Below, piece by piece: positions 1-13,491 of a DNA stretch of 64,000 nucleotides. The DNA lies in assembly GCA_043228905.1 (NCBI GenBank), contig JBHGNT010000010.1, positions 15,686,001-15,750,000 of the forward strand, read 5' to 3'. Source of the DNA: Azolla caroliniana (Eukaryota; Plantae; Polypodiophyta). Made by a program: the position numbers and the translations under genes. Within the stretch, counting starts at the first letter, position 1; every line of letters begins with the position of its first letter. The notes beneath the pieces were generated by a model that was given only the letters and a program-made list of their open reading frames with translations, made no database searches and had not been told where the DNA came from.

Positions 1-42
1 GGTTATTCCTGAAAGTTTCGTTGAACTGAATAATGTTCTCAG

Positions 43-3000
43 CTAGCAGAGCATGAAAGCTCCCAAGTTCGTAGTATTGCACTTGATGCTCTTGATCGAT
101 CTATTTGTGCTGTACTTGAATGTGAACGCATCAGAAGTGACATTAATTCTAATAGAGAATCTTCTGATGCTTCTTGTCAACCAATTGATCTCTCTGACAT
201 CTCTCCTGAAGTCAAAAAGCAAACAGAAGCCAGCACAGATGGGAAATTCAAGTTGGATATTTTTGAATGTAAAGTTGTTTTACCATTAAGAACACTCTAC
301 AATTTTGGTCAAACAATAGAGATCCGTTCTGGTGCTTTAAAGATTCTGCTGCATGTTCTTGAGGTGTGTGGTATATCTGTTGATTATGTGCTTGTTTTGT
401 GTATGCTTTTATCATGCAATGAAAATCTCAGTTCGTATTGTGAAATTCAGAGGCATAGTGAAAAGTTACACCATAGCTGGACAGACACACTGGAACTTTT
501 AAGGTGAATCACTATTGTAATTTTGTCGGTAAATTTTTTTCTTTGGATATATTGATGATTTTTGAGCAGGAAGGTTTTCAAGCGTTACTGATTCTTTATT
601 TATTGGGCAGATCTGTTGCAAATACCTCTGAGAAGGATTTAGTTCCTTTAGCTTTTCAGGTATATTATTTAACTTTTGATCACCTATTTAGTTTTACTTT
701 TTGCAGACATTGGGATTAACGGGGTGTTTCTTATTCTGTTAGAGCATTTGTTTCATCATGAATGACGGACTTATGTCAGTACCTGCATATGCTATTGACA
801 TGTAATGCTCTCCCTTATTATGTCTCATTTTTCCAAATTGACACATGCCTTTTTTATAAGTTTAATGAGGAAATATTTATGTGCTAATTAATAATATAAG
901 TAATAGAATGGAAGACTATAAACTCTGCAAGGAGGTTTATAAGGATTAGTAATTCTACATGTGACTAAAACAACGTTTTCTGTGACCACCTCCTTCTTTC
1001 ACAAAAGAAATGAATAGAGAAGACAAGACATAGGCAGGAAATTCTGCATTGCAGAATAATGGGTTAAGAGTGCGAACTACGACAACAGGAGCGAAAGCTC
1101 TCAACTACATCTGGCCTATGATAAGGAATATTGGCTGAAGGAGAAGAGATTTCACAGGTCCAAACTGAGATGTATTTTATAATTGGTTGGTGGAGAAGGA
1201 TGTGGCTCTATTTTTAGTGCCACACCTTATAACGGGAGCAAAAGCTCTTTCCTACAGGTGGCTGATGAGAAGTAACAGAGGAATGATAATGAATATTGGA
1301 TGAAGTAGAAAAGACTCCACAGGTCCAAACTTAGATGTGTTTTATAATTGATTGGTTCAGAAGGATGTGGCTCTATTTATAGTTCCACAACAACTATGGT
1401 TTGGCTGGAAAGATAGCTTGGGATTGTTGGAAAAGATAGGGGAGGATTAATAGAAAAAGTTAGGGAAGGATTTTTAGGTCATGTGCTGCCTTGTCGCCTT
1501 TATTGTCTCTGAAATGCAACGAGGCTGTGAATGACTTGCCTTCACATCAGGGACAAAGATCCACTAAGTGATTGAAATTGGGCCTCTAGGTTACCTCAGG
1601 GGAGATTTCACATTGTGAGGGTGATAATATGTGGGAGAAGAGTTCCAGTGATTATGCAGTCCGGAACATAATGATTTTGTACTTCAATGTGTTTGGTATG
1701 TGCATGAGAAACTGGATTCTGTGCTATAGAAATGTATCTTTGACTATAATAATGGAGAATGGTAGCCCCAGATTGCAGACAATAATTCCTTTAAGAGATG
1801 TAGCCAAGTATTTTACGGGAGGCGTGATGAGCAACTCGATATTCAACAAATGTCTGCTGTTTCATGATATAGTTTCATAATCAAGGCTAAAAACTACATT
1901 AATAGTATCCTTGATTATTACAAAACTAGAGACTAAGAACCACATGCCTAAAAATTACAGACCACACCATCCATTGAGTGCATCTAGCATCCTCGCGATA
2001 TAGGATACCATACTTGGAATGCCTGTTAGATATAACTCCAATACCCTTGCCCAACTAAGTACTGCTGCATCTTATATTCCCAAGATGCATAGTTGTGCCT
2101 GTCCAACTTCTCTGTTGGAAGTGCGCTACCCATCTGTGCATTCATTTTTCTGATTTAGCTTGATTCGTATGATCCTGTTAAGGTGAGCCTCTTGCTGTGC
2201 AAAACTGCAGCGACGATAGCAGGTTTTAAAACAGCGTCTCTAGCTGCTCACACAATTTCAATGGTAGAGCTTAGTGAAGGATCTCTAACCCTCACGCTCT
2301 GATACCATGTAAATAATCTAACTCTAGTAGAGTTTAGTATTCAGAAGCGTAGTGTGTGAGAGAGAGTGAGAGAGTGAATGTATAAGCAAGAGAAGGAATT
2401 ACAGAGAATAACCAGAAAAATAAGAAAACACACAGTAGGGGAATGACAGCTTATGCACTTAAGAGAGCTATATTAATTATCTAAAGATCATCAACTAAAC
2501 TGAATGGCCAAAGGGGGTTTTATATACAAGTCCTCAAGGGTCTGCCCTATTAAATGTGTTGGTGGAATCTAACCAAGATATCCACTTGAGGACTATTTTG
2601 TCATAAGAATATCTAATATTCTTTGACCACACTAACACTTGATAACTACACGGATTACAATAAAGTGTGCTCACACACTTTTTCATACATCGTCCTTTTC
2701 TTCACAAGCACATGTTCACACAAGTTGAGCTTGATTCTCAACACTAAACACATAGAGATTCAGTGTCACTATGTGCGGGAGCTAATAAATGATGAGAATG
2801 TGGAGCTTGAGTACTGTTCGACATCAGAAAATGCTTTGGATATCGTCACAAAGGCGCTTGGAGTAGAACAGCTACAACACCACCTTTGACGACTAGGAGT
2901 TGGCCCAATTCCAAGTGAACTCAATGGGTTGACCATTGAGGTAGCGTGTTAGATATAATCAATGATCAACCCCAAGTTGTAAATCTATCCCCATATGTGC

Positions 3001-6000
3001 TCTTAGAGTGCACATTTTGTGATAGCGCTCCAAATGAGGAGCGGCTAGTGTGCAACTCGACCATATGGGTCAATATGGTGTTAATCTAGGAAACCGTAGA
3101 TGCGTAGGACACAATGTATTTAGGAAAGAGCGAAATAGGTAATAGGATTGGCTAATCAAGTCAACTAGAATATTTTGTGTGCAAGTTATGATGTACTTAG
3201 TCTTGAAGTATGTGCCATTGACTTCAAGATAAGTACTATCTAGCACTAACCTGTATCTAGGGAGTTGGGTCATATTAAATGACAAGTCAGTTGACAGAAA
3301 TGGAATATCTCCACTGCTATCAACTGACTTGCATATTTAATGTTATACTCAAGACCAAACATAGAATATAATCCACTTTCTTACATAGTCGTTGGATTCA
3401 TCATCACTCCCCACTAATTTTGTAGTGAGCTGGTCCAGATTCCATCTAAGCTCTAAGGTGTGAGCGCATGGGTAAACTACCATTGTGAGCTACTCTCATA
3501 TGTAATAGAAGTTTTGTTTTCATATATCCATCTCTTGGTTGTAACTCTATATACCTATCTAATCGATTCTCAATATTTCTAACATTCATCTGGGGTTTTA
3601 TGTTCATCGGATCAACATGTTTCCCTTCCGGAATAAAAGTTCATTGGAAAGGATGACAATATCCTTGTTTTCAATGATGGTTCTGCAGTCGATGCCATTA
3701 TCTTCATTGATTACCAGTAATCAAAACCAGTAGGTGGATAGTTTCAATCTAGGTAGATTGGATTCAATGCAGAGGTAGAGTTACTGGGTAGGTTGGTGGT
3801 GGATTGAGTTGAGGCTGTGCTGCTTATACTAAAGCATATTATGTCATAATACCCTGAAATTAGTTGTAAAAAATCTTTCAGGAAAATAAATGGTTTTTCC
3901 TGCCAAAATGATGGGAAAGCTTGGTTCTGACACCTATCTACCTGGAAAGTTGTTTAACCAAGGTTTTGTCCTATTGTAGAATAGGTGTGTTATATTTGAC
4001 TTTGGAAATATTCTGAGTTTTATTCTTAAGGGTGATTTGCATTTTCCCAATGTCTATTTTTTGTTGGAGAAATTCGTCTGTTTCTAAATTTCTGTCTATA
4101 ATTAGGTGCATCGAAGTTGCGGGAGCATACGGAGCACAAAAAACAGATGTAAATATTAGTCTTACTGCAATAGGGCTTCTATGGACAACATCAGATTTTT
4201 TCGCAAGAGGTGTTTTTGAAGGAAATGGAGATAGCACAGCAAGTAATAATTTTCGTTACAAGCATTGATGATTATAAAATTTATGTGTAAGCATTCTCTA
4301 TTCTGAACTGTTTTTTTTCAGGTGCAGCAACCACTCAAGCACACTCTCAAGATCAAGCCAACATTTTAGGTGTTACATCAGCAGAAACTGGAAAAACTTC
4401 AAATGGTGTTGCTGTGTCCTCTGAAAGGAGGATTGACATTGACTATAAAAGATTACTGTTATCTGTTTATGATGTTATTCAAGGTTTCTGTACAGATGAA
4501 AGGCCTGAGGTTTGTTCACTATCTGAGTATTTTTGCGTTTCAGATATATTTATTTTTATGTTCAAAGTCTTCTCGAGTCTGCGTCACAGTGGGCACCTAC
4601 TTGGGTTACGTTTGCTACCTTATCTGAGATATGCAAGTTTTTGTCAACAGTGCACACAACATGATCAACAATCATGTGTAATCCAGAAAGTTATTCAAGA
4701 TTACAATCTAACATGGAAACTGATCCACTGTTGAGTTTTAATAGATGTCATGTAGCAAGGTGAACCTTAGCACCATTATTACAACTTGCTAGTAGGAAAT
4801 GAAGATAAGTTACCAGTTTTCCAAATTCTGAAATGCCAATTTTTTATGCTTAAAATGGAATGACTTCACAAAGTCAGGAAATAAATATCAGTTTCTGAGG
4901 AAAAGAAGAGAAGAATTCTGAATTTCCAATCTAAAACGTATAAGGCCAAGTAGATATTGGCCATATTTATATGAGCATATGCTAAGACTTTGGGCCAATT
5001 TTTGAGGATGGTGAACGTGATCTAGTTTTGAGGAGTTCAAATGGAACCAGAATTACCACTCATTTTCATTTGAGGGCTATGGACCTGGTTTCATATAGTT
5101 AATAATACAACTTGAACAATGCCCTTGGTGGGCAGATATGTACAAAACTGCACTAGGAGTAAGATTATCTGGATTCTGCACCATATGCCTTTACAAAATC
5201 ATAAACAATGATTTAGGATATTTGCAAAACCTTATCCAAACAATCTTTCTGAATGACATAAAAAAGTGGCAAACCCCTCTCCTGAGGATAATGGCCACAT
5301 AAACCCCTAGCCATAATCATCTGAAATGAAATGTCTCCAAAAATGCCAGATCCATAACCATAATAATCTGATATCAAGAGGTGAGACAATATGATTATTT
5401 GAGCTTAGCACTTTAGTTCATGATGCAATGTCATAATATTCTACATATGTATTTATGTCTTGGCTATAATCAATTATACTAAACTCTTCTTGCTTTTTGT
5501 CTGTAAATGAACCAAGAAATCTAATCATCTTGTCACATATCTTAATCGTGCATGAATGGACAGGTTAGAAATACGGCCATTGATACACTCTTCATGTCAA
5601 TAACCCGGCATGGATATAAACTATCACCAGCTATGTTGGATCATTGTGTTTGGAAGCTGGTGTTCCCTTTGATTGATACTGTGAGGCACTTGGTAAGATT
5701 AAATTTCTATTCTTTTGATCAGATTCTTGGAAAATGCTTTTTGAACAACGCTCTTACTTTTGTATTGGTTGAGTATCAGGCTGCAACTTCATCAAAAGAT
5801 GAATGGCAGGGCCGTGAACTGGGAACAGAAGGAGGCAAACCTGTACATATGCTTGTCCACCATAGGTAAAATATGATCCTTTTATTTGGCATACTTCAGA
5901 GATCAATAGGGTTCTAATGTTTATGTTCTGGTTACATTTGTTGTTTGTTGGTGCAGCCGAAATACTGCCCAGAAGCAGTGGGATGAAACTTTGGTATTCG

Positions 6001-9000
6001 TACTGAATGGAATTCGTCGGTTGTTGAAGCATCTTTTTGTGCTTCTTCAAAATCTGAAAAACTTTAAAAAGGGTATATGTCTTAGTCAAATGGAGTTGTC
6101 TCAGGTATAATTGAATATTTCAATTTACATATATGTCTTACTTTTGCAGGTTGGGACTCATTGTTTGAGTTTATAACTGAAAGTATCTTGAATAGTAGTA
6201 AAGAAGTGGGATTTGCTGCAATTACCACTCTTCATATAGTGCTTACAACTCATGCAGTGAAGGTGAACCTGACAAATGTTTTCATTCTTATTTTCTATTT
6301 CACCTGACAAATGTTTTCACCCTTATTTTATATGATAATGGCAACTACTGCTCAAATTATTGCATGTATCCTACTGCTAAAATTCACATGTTATCCGTTC
6401 CTGGAAACTACAATGTAAAATATGAGAAATTTGCCTATTTTCAATACAGTTCTATCACTTTTTAATACTATGAAAGGGTATGCAGATATCAGGTTCTAAA
6501 GTTGTAAATATTTTTTCACGTTTTGGGGGATTTTTCACAGGGTATTATACCACCAGATTACTTTGAAGCAGCATTTGCTGCATATGAAGCAGCGATAATT
6601 GGGTCTGCTAGCTCTCAGAGCAGAGTCACTTGTAAAGCTCGACAAGAGCTTCTACACAATATTGGTGGGATGTTCTTTATTATCTCAAAGATGTAGTGGT
6701 ATTGTTATGCTTTATGTGCCCTTGTTAATGTTTCTGTCATGACTGTGCAGCTGATCTTTACAAACAAGCTTCTTCTATATTTACACTAGACACTTACATC
6801 AGAATGCTTTCTCTTGTGGATGCCTTGGCTAGATCCCCGTTTAACGTCAGTGATGGCACTTCTACATTGCAGGTTTTTTTCTCCTCAAATCCTTTAAGAT
6901 ATCAATATTTTTTATTATTTTCTCAATCATGCCATCTGCAGGAAGGTATTCCATTGGTGCAACGTACTGTACTCGAGGTTCTGCCTCTTCTTATGCCTTT
7001 GGATGATCATGCAGCAGCTTGGCCTGTGTTTCTCCGACAGATAGTAACGTATCTAATTGTGGACTTCACAACAACTTCACACGGAAAGGAATCTATGCAT
7101 TCTACATCTTTATCAGTCAATGGGCATGGTGCAGCTGTGGAATTGGAGGAAGGGCCGAGTATACAAAACACCGAGGCTCAATATTTAAAATCGTTGAATC
7201 AGTACTCCACAAAACAAGATTTTGAAACTAACCATTTGTCGAAAAGCTTCTCTCATTCCCTTGCAGATCATCCAAGTACTCTAACAAGTAGTAAGTTCAT
7301 TTCAGACCCAGTGTTTGTTGAGAATGTGGTAACAGTGTTGCAAACCTGCTATTTACTGGCACCTTTCCCAGCAAGGTTGGATGTTTTGCCAGATATTATT
7401 GCCGGTTTGGGAAGGTAACATATTGGAATGAATAAAGTTAGATTTTTAATATTTTCTGATATTTGCATTACATTTGGAGTTGGAGGGAGGTATAGGACCT
7501 TCCTTTGTTCCAAGTGCCTCTACAGTTTCTGGCTTATTCAAGATTGCGAATTTATGCATTAATGTTGAGACTACGGTCTGGATGTTTAACATTTAGATAG
7601 CAGCTATTGGACCCTTTTTCATCCCAAGTGCCTTACAGTTAACATTTTCTGATATACAAGCCGTAAATTTAGATGTTACTGTTCCGATACATAAGCAGTA
7701 GATTAGGAGCAGAGGGAACTATAGGAATTCTCTTTATTCCAAGTGCCATTGCATATCTAGATGGGACACTCACCGTTGCATAAGCCAAGCAGGCGGCAGT
7801 GTGAAATTCTTTTTGGAAATCCACTAAGCAGCAAAAACTCCTCTTATTATGGGTGCTGCCCTCCTTGGTAAGTCACTATTTGGTCGTCAAACTCCATTTC
7901 CTTGTGTAATAGGCCAATGTCTTGTTTGAAGAGGCATTGCTATCTCCCTCTTATTTACAAAAACAGTACAAAGACAAACATAATGTCCTTCCGTAGATTT
8001 GCACGCCATCATGTTTCATTAGTTGAGAACAGGATTCAGTTCAAAAGCCATAGAGAGAACTTGTTGGACAACAATACAGTCACGAAAACTCATTAACAAA
8101 GATCCATTATGAGTTTCTTTAACTTTGTCACTCTTTGTGCTACAAGTCAATCAAGAGCAACACAACTGGGTTCTCGACGAGAACACTCGAAGAGTTCATA
8201 ATAGATTGGGCAACAGTAATGTAGACTACAGCTATCAGGAATGGTCTTCTACCCTTGTCATTGACAAGTAAAGGCCATTATCACCCAGCACTGAAGGCCC
8301 TTCTCTATTTAGGAGTTCTCTCCATATTTAACCAGTTCATATTGGAAATTTTGCAGGTCAAAGTTTCCATGCATCTAACTTTAGACACAAGTGCTTTGAT
8401 AACTAGATGCTTTAGTAACCTATGTTTGGTTCTGTTATTAAAGACGAGATAACATTTTAAGATGTACTCTCTCGTTTGGTTTTATAGGATATAAATGTAT
8501 CTTTCTTACTTCTTTCTCCTTTAATACAGTGTACTTCTTTCTCGCTATCATACATTTCTTTTTTTTTGTACTTTACATGGTGTAACTTTTGCCAAGTATT
8601 GATTCATATTACTCACCCAGCTAGAAATAATAACCTTTAGCATTTCTTTTATAATGTTTCATTTGATTTGATTTTTCTATCGTAATCCTAATCATACAAT
8701 CCAGATATTAATTGAGGAAGATGTACATATTTCGAAATAAAAAAGAGATCACATCAATTATCAAGGAAGAACTTAAGGAGGGAACTAGTTGCTGTCTTGG
8801 AATATGTGGACATCTCAAGTTTGGGATGGGCAAGAAGAAAAGATGATGAAGAGACTTAATAGGGCTCTCTCTCATGATGAAGATGTGCCGAAAACCAGTT
8901 TCCCTTGTCTCTTTTTATCTTATTTACTTCGATATTTACGGAGTAATATTTATTTTATTTTGATTTGTTGTTCTCAAAGACAAGACAACACACTTAAGAT

Positions 9001-12000
9001 GTAATCTCTTGTTCAGTCTTATAGGCCATTTTGGCCTCTTAAAAGATGTTAATATATCTTTCGTTCTTTCTTTCTTTCTTTCTTTCTTTCTCATGGATCT
9101 TGGGGAGTGGGATTTTCCAGTTCTCATGCGTTACTGTCTAATTATTGCTAGAGACGCCCAGAGGTCACTAGAATATGCCTTAACGACAAATGTTCAAACT
9201 TACTAATGTCCCTACCAAGCATAAGCCTTGTTTGGGTCCTTCTTAGTTGATGCTGAGTTTTCAATGGGATACTGCCGTCAGGTTTGAGTACAAACATTTG
9301 TACTCCTATCATAAAAACAAGGGTAGTTGAATGCTAGGTCTTCCTTAATAGATGCTGGTCTTATATCTCGACTTTGGAAATCAGTCAATGAGTTGTGTAT
9401 TGCAATGGTGACATGTGTTCCTGCGTATGAATGGGTACTTGAGCTTCCTTGGGGAGGGGGCCATAATAATATTTACAGTAGGCAATAGTATTATATGAGG
9501 AAAGCAGGCCATAACACCACAATCTTGCAATTTTAGTATGGCTGTTCAGAACCTCTATGAAAATATAGAATTCTGCAATGCTATATTGTCGCCAGCTCTC
9601 TAAAGGTTTTCTATGCTAGCACTGAAGGAGTACTATAGCTTGGATGCCTTAGATAGTGAAGTTATCTTGCCGTAGCTCATTGTTTAGTCTGTTTTATTAA
9701 ATATCTCTCGCAAGATTACTATCAATATTTCTTTCAAAGTAAAATCTTAAATGCTAATTGAGAGTAATGGTTTTAATAGGTGTATGTGTACGAGAAGAGA
9801 TTTACCACACTTTACTCTTTGGCGAGTTTCTGTTGCTGCATTCAACAGTATGCTTATGCAGGATCTTTCTATAATTTCATCATCTGAGCCGTTATACAAG
9901 TCAGATAATGATCTACTGCAGAATGGTCTTGTAAGACCTCGTTTCTGGAAAGAGCTTGCTGATTTGTATGAGACGTTTCTTGTTGGAACTTGTGGCCGTG
10001 CTTCCACTGTGGGTACAAACAGTCTAAATGAAGACTCTCTAAAAGCTGACGAACTACTAGAACAAAATGTTCTTGATGTTCTTTGCAATAGGGTGTTGAA
10101 GTTATGCCAGAACGCTCCAGTTGAGGTATAATTCTATGAATTCATAAGAAAATCAGAATAGTTTTTCGTTTGTTGATTTAATTTGAATGCCTTAAAATTA
10201 ATCAATAACAGGTACTAGGCAGACTTGTACATGTACTAGACCGTTGTGCATCACGCACATCAACTCTGCCTCTGGGAAGTCTGCAATTGTTGCCTGCTCA
10301 CTGCAGCCGGTTTTCTTTTGTATGTTTACAGGCACTCTTTAATCTCTCCAGGTAAATTGATTTCATGTTATCTACAAATGTTTTTGCCAGTTTCCTTTTT
10401 GAGCTCTATATTTAACATAATAAACATATATTACACCACTGTTCTTACCCACCAACAAACTTATATCTCCTGAACTGAGGATTTCCTCCACTGCAACCAT
10501 GCTGTTGAGTTTCTACTTTAGGATCAACGTGGACACCATAGATAATTACAGCATAGACAAGCAATCATATGGAGGAAATCTAGAGCACAAAAATGATAGA
10601 AACTATTAGGGGTGAATAAAGAATATAGTACTATTGGCCAAACTCTAGAATGTTGGTTGTGTTCATAACAAGTGGATGTATATTTTAAGTTTTTTTACAG
10701 TTTTATGTTTAACTTCATTCCTAAAGAAAGCAATTCAAACAGAGCATCAATTTCCTCTTAGATACTGCTTGCCGCCTTCCAAAGGATCATGAACCTATAC
10801 CAAATTGGTTTTCGTGATTCCACAGTTCAGATATTCTGAATGTAACAATCTAGATTTTAGTTATCTTTGATGACAAGCCATACTTGCTCCTCAAACCATA
10901 TAAACAACACATCATTCAATTTGCACTCTAAATAGTTCTCCCCTCATTGGCATTTACTGTTCCAGTTATTTGTGTATTAAAGCACTCCAAACTGTAAATG
11001 ATGGTCTCTCTTTCGTTTTACATGCTCCATTTTTGTATGCAGGTATGATGAATCTCCAGATGCTTTGTCCAACATCGTAGTGACCAGAATGGTGGTGCCA
11101 GTCTTGATTGCTCGTTGTGATTTCATTCTTCAGCAGTTCTGCAAGGATGAGAATGATCAAGGTGGAAGTCTCATTGTTTTAACTGTGTTTCTTTCAAGTA
11201 GTTTTGGCATATCTTTGATGACATATTTTTTGTGTTTTATCTGTCAGCAGGGGACATCCCTTTGCCATCTATCAGAATTGATGAAGTGTTATTATTGCTC
11301 AAAGAACTTGCGAGGCTGACATTACATCCTGGAAATCTAACAGAGTCAAAAATATCTGTGTATGCTATAAATGGGAAACCACAAGTACCGGAACGGGCTC
11401 ACCTTGTTGCATTATATGGGTCACTATGTGAATTAGTTATTACAAGGTACAAGGTATTTTGCTTGAGTCTAGCATGGGCATTATTTTGTGAACTGCACAG
11501 TAGCACAAGTATTAATTTGAAAATGTCCAAGTAATAAATAAATTTCACTTGCTCCAAGAAGTAATTGCATTCTCTTTCAAAATTATCATGCTCTAATAAT
11601 AATCACATAATAGATGAGTTGTTTTCTCTATAAACCATAAACCACTGCCATCCGTATGCACCGTACTCATAGTCTTCCAAATAGTTTTGAAATATGTCAA
11701 AGTTGTTAACACTACCTTGATGTAGAAAACAGACAATCCTTGCCAGCATTTCTTCAATACCAATCTTATTGGTATGTAATACCATTGGCCAGTAGGTAAA
11801 AAGTATGCATTGTTTAATGCATTTTTTATATTGAATGCAAGTACGTACATTACCATATTATTAGAGAAAATTGCAAAAATATGTCCCATCCATTGAATTA
11901 AAAAAATTGCATTGCTTGTTGGTTCATCAATGGAACTCAAAAACTGCATTGATCTCTGAGACCTTTGAAAGCATGAGAGGTTTTATGCAAGGAACACCAG

Positions 12001-12232
12001 TAATTGAATGGATAGGTTTGTCATTGGTCTCAATTTGTCTCCGTTAATCTTAATATTAGGATTCAAAAGCTGACTTCTGTTATTTGCTGATAAAAAAGGG
12101 CATATGAGTATACATGTTAACCAATTATTTGGTACGTTTTGTAGAGAGACGAGGATACGGGAGCTGCTGCTTGTTTTGTTACGTCTATTGGGTGCAGAGC
12201 TTGGCTTTTCAAAGAAAATCTTCCTTCTTTGA
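43..12232 (+). CDS. MON2: Protein MON2 homolog (Arf-GEF-like Golgi/endosome trafficking protein), 3' portion; gene starts upstream of the window
   Basis: Phase-consistent GT-AG exons: 43-363, 451-503, 611-659, 743-801, 4106-4242, 4322-4509, 5564-5692, 5780-5865, 5957-6072, 6150-6262, 6541-6664, 6751-6872, 6942-7414, 9780-10125, 10212-10351, 11043-11161, 11251-11446, 12145-12232 (TGA). The spliced protein has plant MON2 motifs IALDALDRSICAVL, CIEVAGAYGAQKTDVNISLTAIGLLW, DERPEVRN, SSKDEWQGRELG...MLVHHSRNTAQKQWDET, LDRCASRT and the C-terminal LCELVITRETRIRELL. Confidence 0.92.
981..1612 (-). mobile_element. Possible solo LTR in MON2 intron, with an internal ~150-170 bp tandem duplication
   Basis: Termini TGTGA (981)...TCACA (1612). 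Two diverged copies at ~1083-1228 and ~1231-1390; the second contains GGCTCTATTTATA, which reads as an LTR-type TATAAATAGAGCC on the minus strand. No target-site duplication found. Confidence 0.4.
2020..2743 (-). mobile_element. Ty1/copia 5' remnant: LTR (2308-2743), tRNA-Met PBS and gag N-terminus
   Basis: GCTCTGATACCA at 2296-2307 is the reverse complement of the PBS TGGTATCAGAGC and abuts a TG...CA LTR. Minus-strand ATG at 2133 gives MGSALPTEKLDRHNYASWEYKMQQYLVGQGYWSYI, a copia gag start. The LTR end AAGTTGAGCTTGATTCTCAACA resembles the LTR end of the 52-55 kb element. Confidence 0.8.
2744..3584 (+). mobile_element. Ty1/copia 3' remnant: RNase H C-terminus, polypurine tract and 3' LTR (2947-3584)
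   Basis: TKHIEIQCHYVRELI...LEYCSTSENALDIVTKAL matches the copia RNase H motif (TKHIxxxxHxxRE...ADxxTK). It is followed by GAGGGTAGCG and an LTR with 7-bp inverted termini TGTTAGA...TCTAACA. Confidence 0.8.
7490..7750. repeat. Degenerate ~115-bp tandem repeat (3 units) in MON2 intron
   Basis: Core GGA...CTTT...CCAAGTGCC recurs at ~7495, ~7610 and ~7724. Confidence 0.55.
8780..9092 (+). mobile_element. 5'-truncated RTE-X-like LINE 3' end with (TTTC)n tail
   Basis: GGCCATTTTGGCCTCTTAAAAGATGTTAATATATC(TTTC)n at 9024-9092 closely matches the 3' terminus of the RT-encoding element at 21769-21842 (minus). The 5' boundary is approximate. Confidence 0.6.
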
Positions 12233-13491
12233 TTACCAACTCAGGTGGAACTTGTATTCTATAGGGTTCTCATGCTGTACCACTAGCATGTTGTATGAAT
12301 GTGTGTAGCCTATGGCAATGGAACCTCGAAATTTTGGAATTGTTGTTTCATTCTGACAGCAATATTTTGTTACCTGTCCAGAGAAATTATTCAATTCTTC
12401 AAGGCCTCTACATCAGCAACCCTAAACCCTAAACTCTATATGTGGTGTACAAAAGACATTATCTGATAATTCACAGTTGATTAATGTGAAATGACAGCTT
12501 CAGGAAATGACAGAGTTACGTGAATTGGTTTCTTTCCTGGATTAGTTTATTCTTATCCTAGGAAGCATTACAATAAAATCCTCTATAGTACATCTCCATT
12601 TACTAGCCCTACCCTATACACTGTAGAGATTTAAAAGAGCAGTTCAAGTATACATCACTCAAATTTGGTGGATGAAAGAATCAATAACATGAATTTCCAA
12701 AAAATTAGCAAAGCCTGTTTGGTTACTGATCAAGCTTCAGCTATCTTGGAAGGATCATTGATTACTCTGCCTCATTTTCTATAATCTTCAATTCTATTAA
12801 TTTGTCATTTTACTTCTAAATGTAATGCTCTCAGTTTACATAATCTTCAGTTTACGAGTACATTTAGAGTGTAACTTCAATGTAACAGTTAACCCAAAGT
12901 TTGAATGTGCCTTACAAAAATAATTTTATTTATGGAGAAGTAAGCAAGCAAGCTGATAAGAGTTTTCATATGTCTTTGTATCATGTGATTACCATGTTTC
13001 TGCAAGGTAAACATTGAGACATGGTGTACCAAATCAGAATGAATCCGTAAACCCTAAACTGCATGAACATCAGATCATCTCGATGCAATATGAAAACCTC
13101 AGGCAAAGAATCGTTGCCACTCCACATCAATAGGAAAGCAATCTCTAAATTGTCATTGGCATGCAAAACCTCAGCCCTACAATATTTGTCACTCTGCATT
13201 ATGAAAGCAACCTTTACATTTTCATTGGTTTACAAAACTTATCAAAGAAGTGTTAACACTACATGGGTTTAGGTATATTCTACAATTCTTTCATCCCGCT
13301 ACTAGTATCTAGAGCTCCAATGTCTTATCATGCACCCGTCACGTGAGGCTAAACTTTAAAAGAGCCCACCATGATCTCTACAGAAATAACACAACTATGA
13401 TCACTGTAGCCTTGGAACCCAATTTGATTACATTGTCTAAACTGTATGGCATCATGTGTCAATAGGACACCTTCATGATTAGATGTTCACA

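Noticed and set aside
4239-4244. Possible GC-AG donor (GCAAGT) in MON2
   Set aside because: Only the GT donor at 4243 gives the phase required by the next exon.
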